From positions 1,808-65,807 of the IMG/VR virus record IMGVR_UViG_2716884207_000004: a stretch of DNA of 64,000 bases; one strand, written 5' to 3'. Within the stretch, counting starts at the first letter, position 1. Every line of letters begins with the position of its first letter. A program made the translations under genes and the position numbers. Positions 54,739 to 62,953 of the stretch are shown here, one piece after another. The notes beneath the pieces were generated by a model, which was given only the letters and a program-made list of their open reading frames with translations, did no database searches and was not told where the DNA came from. This DNA comes from a virus. Taxonomy: Duplodnaviria; Caudoviricetes.

Positions 54739-55748
54739 AACCTCCGGCCGACCTGAAGTTCGGAAATTCCCGAACCGACACGTAATACTGTTCGTACACC
54801 CTCCGCACGATCATAAACGTTTCTCAACGCCTCTGCACCGCGCTTTACCAATAGTTCATTAGCGTCTTTCACCTCCGTTATATAACCGTGCGCAAGGCGC
54901 ACCTTTCCGTTTAAATAACGCTCAATCGCCGCACGTAATTTATCGCCAGCTTTGTCGTTATCTGTAACTACCGTTAAATATTCGATAGGTGACTGCGTAA
55001 TTATGTCCGCCTTTTTCAAATTAAATGCGCTTCCGCCGGTTCCGATCGCCGGGATACCTACCGAACGCCACGCCATAGCATCGATTTCCGCCTCGCAAAT
55101 GACCGCGCGCCTTATCCGCTGTCCATAAACGAGGTCCATTCCGTAGACTAAATCGCGAATAGGCCAGCCGCCTTTTACGTACCAGAACGCTTTGCCACGC
55201 GTTGAACGATATTTCACGTTAGCGAGGCGCCCGTTCGGAAGCCGCCACGGAATCGCGACCGCATTGCCTACAAGACCCACGCCGGCCTCGCGCTGTACTT
55301 CAGCCGCTATGCCGCGTCCGGTCAGATAATCGTTAGGTCCGGTCTGAACGTCCGCTAAAATAGATTCCGGCAAAGGTTCCGGTTTTGAGACAGCCTTAAG
55401 TTTCGGAAGGCGAAGCGTTAGGCGCCCGTCTTTATCCGTCGGTGCATACGTTTCCAATAAGTACTCAACGGTCTCGTCTTCGGTTTCAGCGCGCAGGAAA
55501 GCGAGCAATTTAACGAACCCACCGCGCGCAAACTCGGCATCATACGCGCCTGAATCTCCCCAATATCCGGCTTTTGCGGACGCTGTGTCTTCAAGATAAA
55601 CGTAGAAGCTCGGCGTTCGATCGTAACGGAACGGACTGGCTGCGAGTAACCGATCTTCCGTCCATGTGGGTCGCGTCCATTCGAATTGTTCGAGTTCGTA
55701 TCGGATATCTACGTCGACGTGACGCCCATTTAGTATTAAAGTCGGCAT
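54735..55748 (-). CDS. DNA primase (TOPRIM)
   Basis: ICEAEIDA, TDNDKAG, KDANE. Confidence 0.9.
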   Translation of the reverse strand: MPTLILNGRHVDVDIRYELEQFEWTRPTWTEDRLLAASPFRYDRTPSFYVYLEDTASAKAGYWGDSGAYDAEFARGGFVKLLAFLRAETEDETVEYLLETYAPTDKDGRLTLRLPKLKAVSKPEPLPESILADVQTGPNDYLTGRGIAAEVQREAGVGLVGNAVAIPWRLPNGRLANVKYRSTRGKAFWYVKGGWPIRDLVYGMDLVYGQRIRRAVICEAEIDAMAWRSVGIPAIGTGGSAFNLKKADIITQSPIEYLTVVTDNDKAGDKLRAAIERYLNGKVRLAHGYITEVKDANELLVKRGAEALRNVYDRAEGVRTVLRVGSGISELQVGRRF

Positions 55749-55858
55749 GCGAACACCTCCTAAAGATGTATTTGTAAAACATATTACACGAATGTTACAT
55801 TTTATACAGTCGGTTTTTGTCGAAACTATTCAGAATTTTATATGAAATTCTTTCCAAT

Positions 55859-57253
55859 CTAGAAATCGAACTGTGCGGCCGCTGCTTCTCCGGCTTCTGG
55901 CTGCTTCACGACGCCGATTTGCGGTAGGTAGATAATCTCCGCGGACTCTCCTTCGCCGCCGTCACGCCCTTTATTTAAGCCGATCATGCCGCGCCCTTCC
56001 TTTGCGTTCGTATCAACCGCGATTAATAACGCAGCATCTTCGAGCAAGGCTTTCGTTTTCTTAACGTCTTTACGCTGCGGTAATTTAAGTTCTCGCTCGC
56101 CATCTTCGCCTGCCTTTTCGTCTTCCTCGTCCGCCTGGGTAAGCGCAAAGATAGTCGCCTTTGTATGGCCCGCTAAACGACGTAGCTTTTGCGATGTATT
56201 GGCCGCGTCACCGCCCGCCGTCTTAGACGTATTGGCTTCGTAGTCTAAATAATAAAATGGATCTACGAGCACAACGTCGGCTTTCGTTTCGATGATGTCC
56301 GATTTCAGATCGCGCAATGTACGAGAACCAAAGTCTTCGTCATCTACGCCGCGTACCGTAATGTTACCCGGCAATATATCGTTAAGCTTTCCGAGGAATT
56401 CCATAAAGCCCGCTTCGAACTCATCGTTTAGGTTTCCCTGGCGGACGTCGCGCGAATTAAATCCGGCCTCCATATTGACGCCGTTAAGAGTCGCAGTCGT
56501 AACGCCAAGGCTTCCGGAGATTGAAACGTATAAGCGCACTAGGACTTCGTACCATCCCATTTCCATCGACCATATCAGAACGTTCGCGCCTTGCATCGCA
56601 CAGTTAACGACTTCCTCTAGCGCAATGGCCGACTTACCGCGCCCCGACTTTCCGTAAATAACGTAGACGTTCGACGATACATAGCCGCCCATAGCACGAT
56701 TAATAAAGTCGAACTTACTGCGCCATATCCGAAAAGACTCGCCAGCCTTGCGGTTTTCGTATTCGGCTTTGAATTTATCGATGTCGCGCTTGATGTCCGT
56801 TCCAACCGAATTTCGAACGTTTGTTCTCATTTTAAGACTTTCGGCCTGCTCCGTCAACCACTCGAAGAAACTTCCCATGTCGCCGCTTTTTTGCGCTGCT
56901 TCGAATTTTTCCGCAAGCTGTGGCGCCTTGACTTGCCGGTTAGTTTCCGGATCGATTCGTCCGTTAACAAGCTCGATAAATTCGCGTTCAGCCGCCTGTT
57001 CCTTAAGGTTTTTCGCTAAATAGTCGTAGCTCGCCTCGATGTTAAAGTCCGGCTGGAAGTCCGGCACTTCATTCGTAACCATTTCGGCAGTCGGCGCCTG
57101 ACCTCGGTGCTGCTCGGCGTATTGCATGACATACCGGAAGGCTTTGCGTTCACCTTGCGTTGGCAGGTCGTTTTCAGCGATATTAAAGCGCAATAGAGCG
57201 TTCGGGTCGTTCGCTTCGATGGCTTTCGATATTAGTAAAGTTCCGTAGTTCAT
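55859..57253 (-). CDS. DnaB-like replicative helicase
   Basis: GKSGRGKS, SMEM, VLVDPFY, ALTQ, NKGRDG. Confidence 0.92.
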   Translation of the reverse strand: MNYGTLLISKAIEANDPNALLRFNIAENDLPTQGERKAFRYVMQYAEQHRGQAPTAEMVTNEVPDFQPDFNIEASYDYLAKNLKEQAAEREFIELVNGRIDPETNRQVKAPQLAEKFEAAQKSGDMGSFFEWLTEQAESLKMRTNVRNSVGTDIKRDIDKFKAEYENRKAGESFRIWRSKFDFINRAMGGYVSSNVYVIYGKSGRGKSAIALEEVVNCAMQGANVLIWSMEMGWYEVLVRLYVSISGSLGVTTATLNGVNMEAGFNSRDVRQGNLNDEFEAGFMEFLGKLNDILPGNITVRGVDDEDFGSRTLRDLKSDIIETKADVVLVDPFYYLDYEANTSKTAGGDAANTSQKLRRLAGHTKATIFALTQADEEDEKAGEDGERELKLPQRKDVKKTKALLEDAALLIAVDTNAKEGRGMIGLNKGRDGGEGESAEIIYLPQIGVVKQPEAGEAAAAQFDF

Positions 57254-57762
57254 TCGTCAGCCTCCCGTCTCAATTTCGTCATCACACCGTCAGCCTTCGT
57301 TTTATATTCCGCATCTTCAAACGTTGCGTACAGACGCATGTAATCGTTATATTCGTCTAGCAGTCCGTCGATTTGTTTCGCCTCTTCCTTCGCTTTCTTT
57401 TTCGCCATATTACTCGCCACCTTTTTGAGTCCTTTTCCTATCTCCGCGACGCTTTCTACGCTGGGCAATGACGGAAAAATGTCCGCAATATTAATCTCAG
57501 TGCTCGTCGGCTCTGGATAGTTCGTCATGTCGTAGTCCAGTAGGTAATCTTCCGCGAATTGTTCCCGACATATCAACTTTAGATCTGTTTCGAACGCGTC
57601 AAGGAATTCACCGTTAATTACGTCAGTCAACTCGAACTCGACGTATTCACTTACGCCCCACTCCTCGGTTCTCTTTATTTCGCTCCAAGACTCGACGTAG
57701 AAAATCCGATCTTTGTATCCGTCTACTGCGACAATATCTCCGATTGCGAATTTCGGCTTCAT
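57250..57762 (-). CDS. Hypothetical protein (KF.IGDIV N-terminus; IDGLLDEYNDY C-terminus)
   Basis: Coupled ORF. Confidence 0.7.
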   Translation of the reverse strand: MKPKFAIGDIVAVDGYKDRIFYVESWSEIKRTEEWGVSEYVEFELTDVINGEFLDAFETDLKLICREQFAEDYLLDYDMTNYPEPTSTEINIADIFPSLPSVESVAEIGKGLKKVASNMAKKKAKEEAKQIDGLLDEYNDYMRLYATFEDAEYKTKADGVMTKLRREADE

Positions 57763-58541
57763 CTACGCATCCCCCTTTTCGATTCACCTACGAATTCAAT
57801 CTCGCGGCACAAGTCGCCAATACGGTCGGCCAGCCGCTTTTCTCCGAACACGGTCGCCAGCGATCCAAGCGCAACGTTACTCGTATAGATCGTCGGTAAT
57901 TGATTCGTTACTCTCGCGTTGATTACAGCGTGCAAATCGCCGCGAAAGCCGTCCGTTGCATCCCGAACCCCTATATCGTCTAGCACCGCAAATGGCGCCG
58001 TTTTAGCCGCTTCTAACGCGCGATAATAACGGGCCGCCGCTGGCTCTGCGACTGAATCCGGAACTCGCGGACGGTTGAATTCGTTGTAGTCGTTCTGCCA
58101 CGCATTCACGTCGAGAAAGTACGCCGGACGCTGAGACGGCCCTAAACCTCTCCGTAATGAGCCGCTGTAATGGACGCGCATCCATTCGTTAAGGAGCGCC
58201 GCCGCTGTCGTTGTTTTACCAGTACCCGGTTCCTCTCCGACTAGATACAAGTCTTTAATGCGTTCAGCAGGCGTTATTGTGCCGTCTTGCTGATCGAATT
58301 GACGATCGAATGTAGACGCGTAAGCATCGACCGCTTTATAAGCCTCCGGTTGGTCACCTCGCGCCGGCGAATTGCCTAGCGTCACGAGCCGGTATTCACG
58401 CGGAAGCCCTGCCGCTGCCGACCGTCCGCCGTTGCCGCTTACGCCGTGCATTGCGATGAAATACGGACAGTGTTGCGTACAGGCGCTGGAGCCCGCCGCT
58501 TTGCATCCGTTAGCAAGTACGCAATTATTTTCGTTAGTCAT
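57759..58541 (-). CDS. DnaC/IstB-like helicase loader ATPase
   Basis: N-terminal Cys cluster, PGTGKT, VLDDIG, TIYTSN, DRI, GESKR. Confidence 0.9.
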   Translation of the reverse strand: MTNENNCVLANGCKAAGSSACTQHCPYFIAMHGVSGNGGRSAAAGLPREYRLVTLGNSPARGDQPEAYKAVDAYASTFDRQFDQQDGTITPAERIKDLYLVGEEPGTGKTTTAAALLNEWMRVHYSGSLRRGLGPSQRPAYFLDVNAWQNDYNEFNRPRVPDSVAEPAAARYYRALEAAKTAPFAVLDDIGVRDATDGFRGDLHAVINARVTNQLPTIYTSNVALGSLATVFGEKRLADRIGDLCREIEFVGESKRGMRR

Positions 58542-58560
58542 ATTCGGGGACCTCCTTTCG

Positions 58561-58896
58561 TTAGTTCTCGTTTCTTAAATACGCCTCTTTCTCTTCTTCG
58601 GTTAAGACTTCGTAATCATCGTTCTCAAGGAAAAACATCGTTCCGAAGCATTCTTCGTGAATGTTTACATCCATCCGAACCCATGTCGGAAAAGCAGTAA
58701 CTTCATCCGCCGCAGTCCCTTCCGGATAGTTGATTTCTACATATTCCCGATCATACTCGCCGTTCGCAATCTTTTCTCTAATCGGAGACATATCAATAAT
58801 TTTATGAACACGTAGAACGCTTCCCTCCGGATAATTCTTGCCTCCGTGAATATTCAACCGAATCAAATCCCCGACACTAGCTTTTGCCTTTGTCAT
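58561..58896 (-). CDS. Hypothetical protein
   Basis: SD AAGGAGG. Confidence 0.7.
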   Translation of the reverse strand: MTKAKASVGDLIRLNIHGGKNYPEGSVLRVHKIIDMSPIREKIANGEYDREYVEINYPEGTAADEVTAFPTWVRMDVNIHEECFGTMFFLENDDYEVLTEEEKEAYLRNEN

Positions 58897-58913
58897 TTGC
58901 GGACCTCCTTTCG

Positions 58914-59120
58914 TTATAACAAATCCGATAGTAACTGCGTTATCCGCGCAACTCTTCCTCGCTGTTCGGTCGTTCCAATGTTGTATCTCCCGCCTCTAAA
59001 GAGTTCTTCCGTTAAATTTTCGATTTTATCGATTACTGCATCCGTCTGACCTTCTCTTTCGGCTAACTTCGTAACCTCAACGTATTCCGGTGTTCCAAAC
59101 GTTAGCTGTCCGATTTTCAT
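58914..59120 (-). CDS. Hypothetical protein
   Basis: Coupled ORF. Confidence 0.6.
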   Translation of the reverse strand: MKIGQLTFGTPEYVEVTKLAEREGQTDAVIDKIENLTEELFRGGRYNIGTTEQRGRVARITQLLSDLL

Positions 59121-59944
59121 TCGCCCACCTCTTCGCGTGAGTCGTCGATGATTCTAAATTCGTATTGACGCGCATATTTCAGCGGTACCCACACGCCGGA
59201 TATAGGCGGCCATGCATCGTCTGAAATAACTAGCGCAGTGTCCTTAACTGCATGGCCTTCAACAACGTCCCCCACACGAACCTCAGTCGGCTGCGGCGCG
59301 TTCAAGTATTCGTCCGGCACCGCCAAGCCTAGCGCACGTCTTAGCGCGATTGCTTTACCGATGTGAACGTTGAAGCAGTCGGACGGGGCGGCTTTGGCGA
59401 TTCCTTTTGCGTATACAAACCCAGTACGAACGCCTCGTAATAGCGTAACAACCGTTCGTTTATCTCGATTAATTACGAACTCCACGTCGCACATTGCAAA
59501 GGACCACATATCGGTCTCATATCGCACTCCATCACCGTAATTAGTCAGTTTCTCAACGTCCGCCCTCGCTATCTCAACGATTTCATCCCGGTGGGCTTGG
59601 GCGCTTACAGTCGGAGCCTTCGCGTTTAACTGCCGTCTAGCATCTTCGTAGCCTTGTTCATACGCTGCCAACCGTAATTCCTCGATCGCTTCTCTCGCGT
59701 TCTCTACCGCTAGGTCGTACCGTGTTTTTCCGTTTTTCATTTCGTCATCCTCCTCGTTTTTAACTTCGCTATTGACGATGACTTCGGCGTCTTCTTTACG
59801 GATTGCCGATAAATGATGCGGACCTGTTCGGGTAAAATAGTTAGGGCCCTCGCGTTCTACTTCGAATACCTGACCGATTTTATCTGCATACCAAGCCGAT
59901 TTACACGTCGCCTTCTTAATCCGTACATACTTCTTCGTTTCCAT
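59117..59944 (-). CDS. Phage protein (GIAKA.P.DCFN.HIGKAIALRRA motif)
   Basis: SD-supported ORF. Confidence 0.7.
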   Translation of the reverse strand: METKKYVRIKKATCKSAWYADKIGQVFEVEREGPNYFTRTGPHHLSAIRKEDAEVIVNSEVKNEEDDEMKNGKTRYDLAVENAREAIEELRLAAYEQGYEDARRQLNAKAPTVSAQAHRDEIVEIARADVEKLTNYGDGVRYETDMWSFAMCDVEFVINRDKRTVVTLLRGVRTGFVYAKGIAKAAPSDCFNVHIGKAIALRRALGLAVPDEYLNAPQPTEVRVGDVVEGHAVKDTALVISDDAWPPISGVWVPLKYARQYEFRIIDDSREEVGE

Positions 59945-59971
59945 TCCGCAACCCCTCCTCGTTAATTTACG

Positions 59972-60322
59972 TCAAAACCACGTATTATCTACGCCTTCAT
60001 TGCGCTCGGCTCTCTGCTGTTCGGCCTGGACTTCCGTAAGCACACGCGATAAAACACTTTCGCGCATATACGAGAACATGAACGCAAAGTTACAGCCCGG
60101 ATACTTCAGCGTCGGCTTTTTCTCCGCGAAACATTTATCGATGAACCTCCGCGTTACCTCGGCGCCTTGCTCGTCGATCATCAGTTTTAAGTTCTTCGCC
60201 TCCATGCCGCGATTGTTCGTTACGTAAGGAATTCCGTAAGTTTCTTTGTGCTTGGCGTGTAGGTAGCCGATAAAATCGCGCGTGTTCCACTTGGCGGCCG
60301 GCTTATCTACTTTTTCGGACAT
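59972..60322 (-). CDS. Putative C-terminal-type replication initiator/loader-binding domain as a separate gene
   Basis: WNTRDFIGY helical domain ending DNTWF; upstream of DnaC-like gene. Confidence 0.5.
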   Translation of the reverse strand: MSEKVDKPAAKWNTRDFIGYLHAKHKETYGIPYVTNNRGMEAKNLKLMIDEQGAEVTRRFIDKCFAEKKPTLKYPGCNFAFMFSYMRESVLSRVLTEVQAEQQRAERNEGVDNTWF

Positions 60323-60662
60323 AGACATCGCTCCCTTTCTCCGCGAATTTCGCAATAATACGGAGTCGCGCTTCGGATTTTTCTAAGTGATCCCGCAGGA
60401 CCTCCGCCTCTTTTTCCAGTGCTTCGATGTGACCGAGTAAACCCGCAATATTACGAGGAGCCTCTTCGATGAACTCCGCATCGTGTTCGCTGATCTCGAT
60501 ATACTTTCCGCCTTCCACGACATCTATGGCGACTCCTTCTACTCCGGAAAGGCACGTTGCGTAATATCCTTCCCACTCCCACGTCCATTCCGCATCAGTA
60601 ATTCGTTCGACCCTTTTACGAATTTCTGCGAGCCCCGTATTTGTCAGCTTTCCGCCCATCAT
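60303..60662 (-). CDS. Hypothetical protein (DAEFI..A motif)
   Basis: Coupled ORF. Confidence 0.6.
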   Translation of the reverse strand: MMGGKLTNTGLAEIRKRVERITDAEWTWEWEGYYATCLSGVEGVAIDVVEGGKYIEISEHDAEFIEEAPRNIAGLLGHIEALEKEAEVLRDHLEKSEARLRIIAKFAEKGSDVYVRKSR

Positions 60663-60778
60663 TCGTCCTCCTCTAACGAGTTTAATTCGCGTTCTAAATC
60701 GTGGAGCTCTTCGCGTAGATCATTGATCTCCACGTTAATCTGCCGAATGTCCTCAATAAGTTCGTCTTTCCGGCTCAT
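60659..60778 (-). CDS. 39-aa coiled-coil peptide
   Basis: SD AAGGAGG; MSRKDELIEDIRQINVEINDLREELHDLERELNSLEEDE. Confidence 0.55.
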   Translation of the reverse strand: MSRKDELIEDIRQINVEINDLREELHDLERELNSLEEDE

Positions 60779-60967
60779 TTTAGCGCCTCCTTTATACCGA
60801 TAAGCAGTTCGTTTTCCGCCTTTAACCGCTCATTCTCGCCAATCAATCCGGCGATAGTGCAGCGTAAATCTTCAACCGTTTTAACATTTTCCGCAAAAGA
60901 ATTCGTTAGTAACTCCGATCTCCAAAGTTCCACGTTTTCGCCGCCTCTCCGCATTTTATCGTCTACC

Positions 60968-61291
60968 CTACCGAATACCCTCGACCGTCAGTAACGACGC
61001 TAATTCGTCGCGAAATTCCCGTATTAATCGTGCTAATTCCGCCAGCGATTGCGCATCCGAAGACCTCAACCGCCGGTTCATTACGTCCATAAGCGCACGT
61101 TCGACCGTCAAGTGAAACGCTACCTCGCGCCACTTTTCCTGCGGCGTTGGGTCGGCGTCCGGGTTCTCCGCCAGGCGCTTCGCCCAGTTCGGCGCTTTCG
61201 TCGGGTCACTGAAGTAGCGCTCCTTTACGATGATATTGCGTTCGTCTGACGTGAGTTTGTAATCGGGTGATACCGGAATATTAATCGTCAT
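60968..61291 (-). CDS. Hypothetical phage protein
   Basis: YKLTSDERNII; SD AAGGAG. Confidence 0.7.
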   Translation of the reverse strand: MTINIPVSPDYKLTSDERNIIVKERYFSDPTKAPNWAKRLAENPDADPTPQEKWREVAFHLTVERALMDVMNRRLRSSDAQSLAELARLIREFRDELASLLTVEGIR

Positions 61292-61319
61292 AGTTATCGT
61301 TACTCCTTTCGTTATTTAA

Positions 61320-61540
61320 TAAGACATAGCAATCGTCCGCTTTCGCTCACTCTTGCAGATATTCTTTATCGCGATAAGATTCTATTAATCAATAAATATC
61401 TGCGCGAAAGGTTTTTAATTGAGCGCTATTATTAGTTTAGTTAAATAAGTCTAGTTAAATGAGTTTAGTTCGTCTTCAAACTGTGAAGTACCTTACTTCA
61501 AATCTTGCAGGGGGCTATTATCGTTTTTTGAAGTGCCGCC
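61320..61540. other. Putative replication origin
   Basis: Three tandem 14-mers AGTYTAGTTAAATR (61434-61472), CTTCAAA/TTGAAG iteron-like repeats, AT-rich; at end of initiator HTH gene. Confidence 0.65.
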
Positions 61541-61870
61541 CGCCACGAACCAATCCGGAGGCTCCCACAGCGTGTATTCATTCGAAGTCTGACCGTTACC
61601 ATTTTTGCGTTCTTTGACGTCAATGAGTTCGAGTTCCTTGAGCCTACGCAACGCTGACCGCACCGTATTAGTTGAGCATCGGCATTTATCCGCGATAGTC
61701 TGGACGCTGGGATGAGACTTCTTACTCGTATTGTCTGCGTGGAAGCACAGAACGGCGTATACGAGCTTTTGCACCGGCTTATCTAAATACGTTTCGTCTG
61801 CGATAACCGACTTCGTAACACGTACGAATCTGTGGTCGTGAAAGTCGATCGGACGCTTTGCGTTTGTCAT
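61493..61870 (-). CDS. Winged-HTH replication initiator N-terminal domain
   Basis: KLVYAVLCFHAD...PSVQTIA...L.ELELI...SNEY. Confidence 0.8.
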   Translation of the reverse strand: MTNAKRPIDFHDHRFVRVTKSVIADETYLDKPVQKLVYAVLCFHADNTSKKSHPSVQTIADKCRCSTNTVRSALRRLKELELIDVKERKNGNGQTSNEYTLWEPPDWFVAGGTSKNDNSPLQDLK

Positions 61871-62814
61871 GCCACATCGACTCCTCTCTTCATTTTTATT
61901 TCCTCGGATTTTAGTTCCGCCAAAAACGAGTTTAATCGAGAAACTAGTTCGCTATTTCCGTTCTTCAAAAGATTTGGGATGAACTCGCTGATGTGTGTAA
62001 GAGTAACGTTAGGATGTGCGAAACTACCTTCGGACTCTTTGGCGTAAATGATCGTAAGATGATCCGTATGGCGCAAATACTTGTCGAACGTTTTACTAGC
62101 GCGATTAAATGCGGTATTCTCGCTTAACTTAGCATCGATCCATTTAGTTCCGTCAACAATGAAATCCGGGATGCAGTCATAAATTCGCTTTTGTTCCTCG
62201 ACCGATCCGGGATGTAGCGCCTTGAGAACTTCACCAACAAGCAACTCAAATTCGCGTCCCTTCGTTATATAGAAAGATGCGTAAGATTCGTTGATAAGTT
62301 CGTATGACAATCCCCATTCTTCGCATAATTTCCTAACACTATGGTCGTAATATTTCCGTAAGTAATTTTCGATGTGCCACAGTTTATTTCCGTAAATATA
62401 CTCACGTCTCAAACCATGCGGAAACGTAGCTCTAACGTAGGCATCCAGCGCCTCTTTTTCGAGATTTTCAAGAACCCCTTTTCTGTATTCGCGAAACTTT
62501 GTATCCGAAATGTTGTACAATTCTTTTACTTCTTCGGAAATAAATTTGTTCTCGGATACTGTATACTCGTCGTCGATGTAGAAACATCTTTCAATTTCCA
62601 GATGAGAAGGTTCTGCGACTTGCTCGTAGAGACCGTATGCAATTAGAGAGTCTTTCGTACTGCCGAAAGCCCTCTCCAGACGCTTTCTCACAGTGTTGTA
62701 ATTGTATTTTGTGGAGTCCATCAACTCCTTCCTTAAGTTAGTTACATCAATACCATCATCTATTAAGTCATCTATAAGAAGTAATGCGTTTTCTTGTGTT
62801 TGTGTAAGAACCAT
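61867..62814 (-). CDS. Putative PD-(D/E)XK endonuclease (homing-like)
   Basis: GREFE...IPDFIV...WIDAK at C-terminus. Confidence 0.65.
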   Translation of the reverse strand: MVLTQTQENALLLIDDLIDDGIDVTNLRKELMDSTKYNYNTVRKRLERAFGSTKDSLIAYGLYEQVAEPSHLEIERCFYIDDEYTVSENKFISEEVKELYNISDTKFREYRKGVLENLEKEALDAYVRATFPHGLRREYIYGNKLWHIENYLRKYYDHSVRKLCEEWGLSYELINESYASFYITKGREFELLVGEVLKALHPGSVEEQKRIYDCIPDFIVDGTKWIDAKLSENTAFNRASKTFDKYLRHTDHLTIIYAKESEGSFAHPNVTLTHISEFIPNLLKNGNSELVSRLNSFLAELKSEEIKMKRGVDVA

Positions 62815-62832
62815 CTTTTTTCACCTCTCATA

Positions 62833-62925
62833 TATAACTGCGAGTTTAACTTCCAGAATGGCACATCTTTTCACCGAAATTTATTCTGTCACTAATAGAT
62901 GCGTAGGCACTTCGAAAAATGGACA
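62833..62925 (-). promoter_or_regulatory. Tandem phage-specific promoter-like motifs (CC-N17-CGCA) heading the replication operon
   Basis: TTGTCC-N17-CGCATCTATT and GTGCC-N17-CGCAGTTATA. Confidence 0.7.
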
Positions 62926-62953
62926 AAAAAAATAACCCGGCCGTTAAGCCGAG

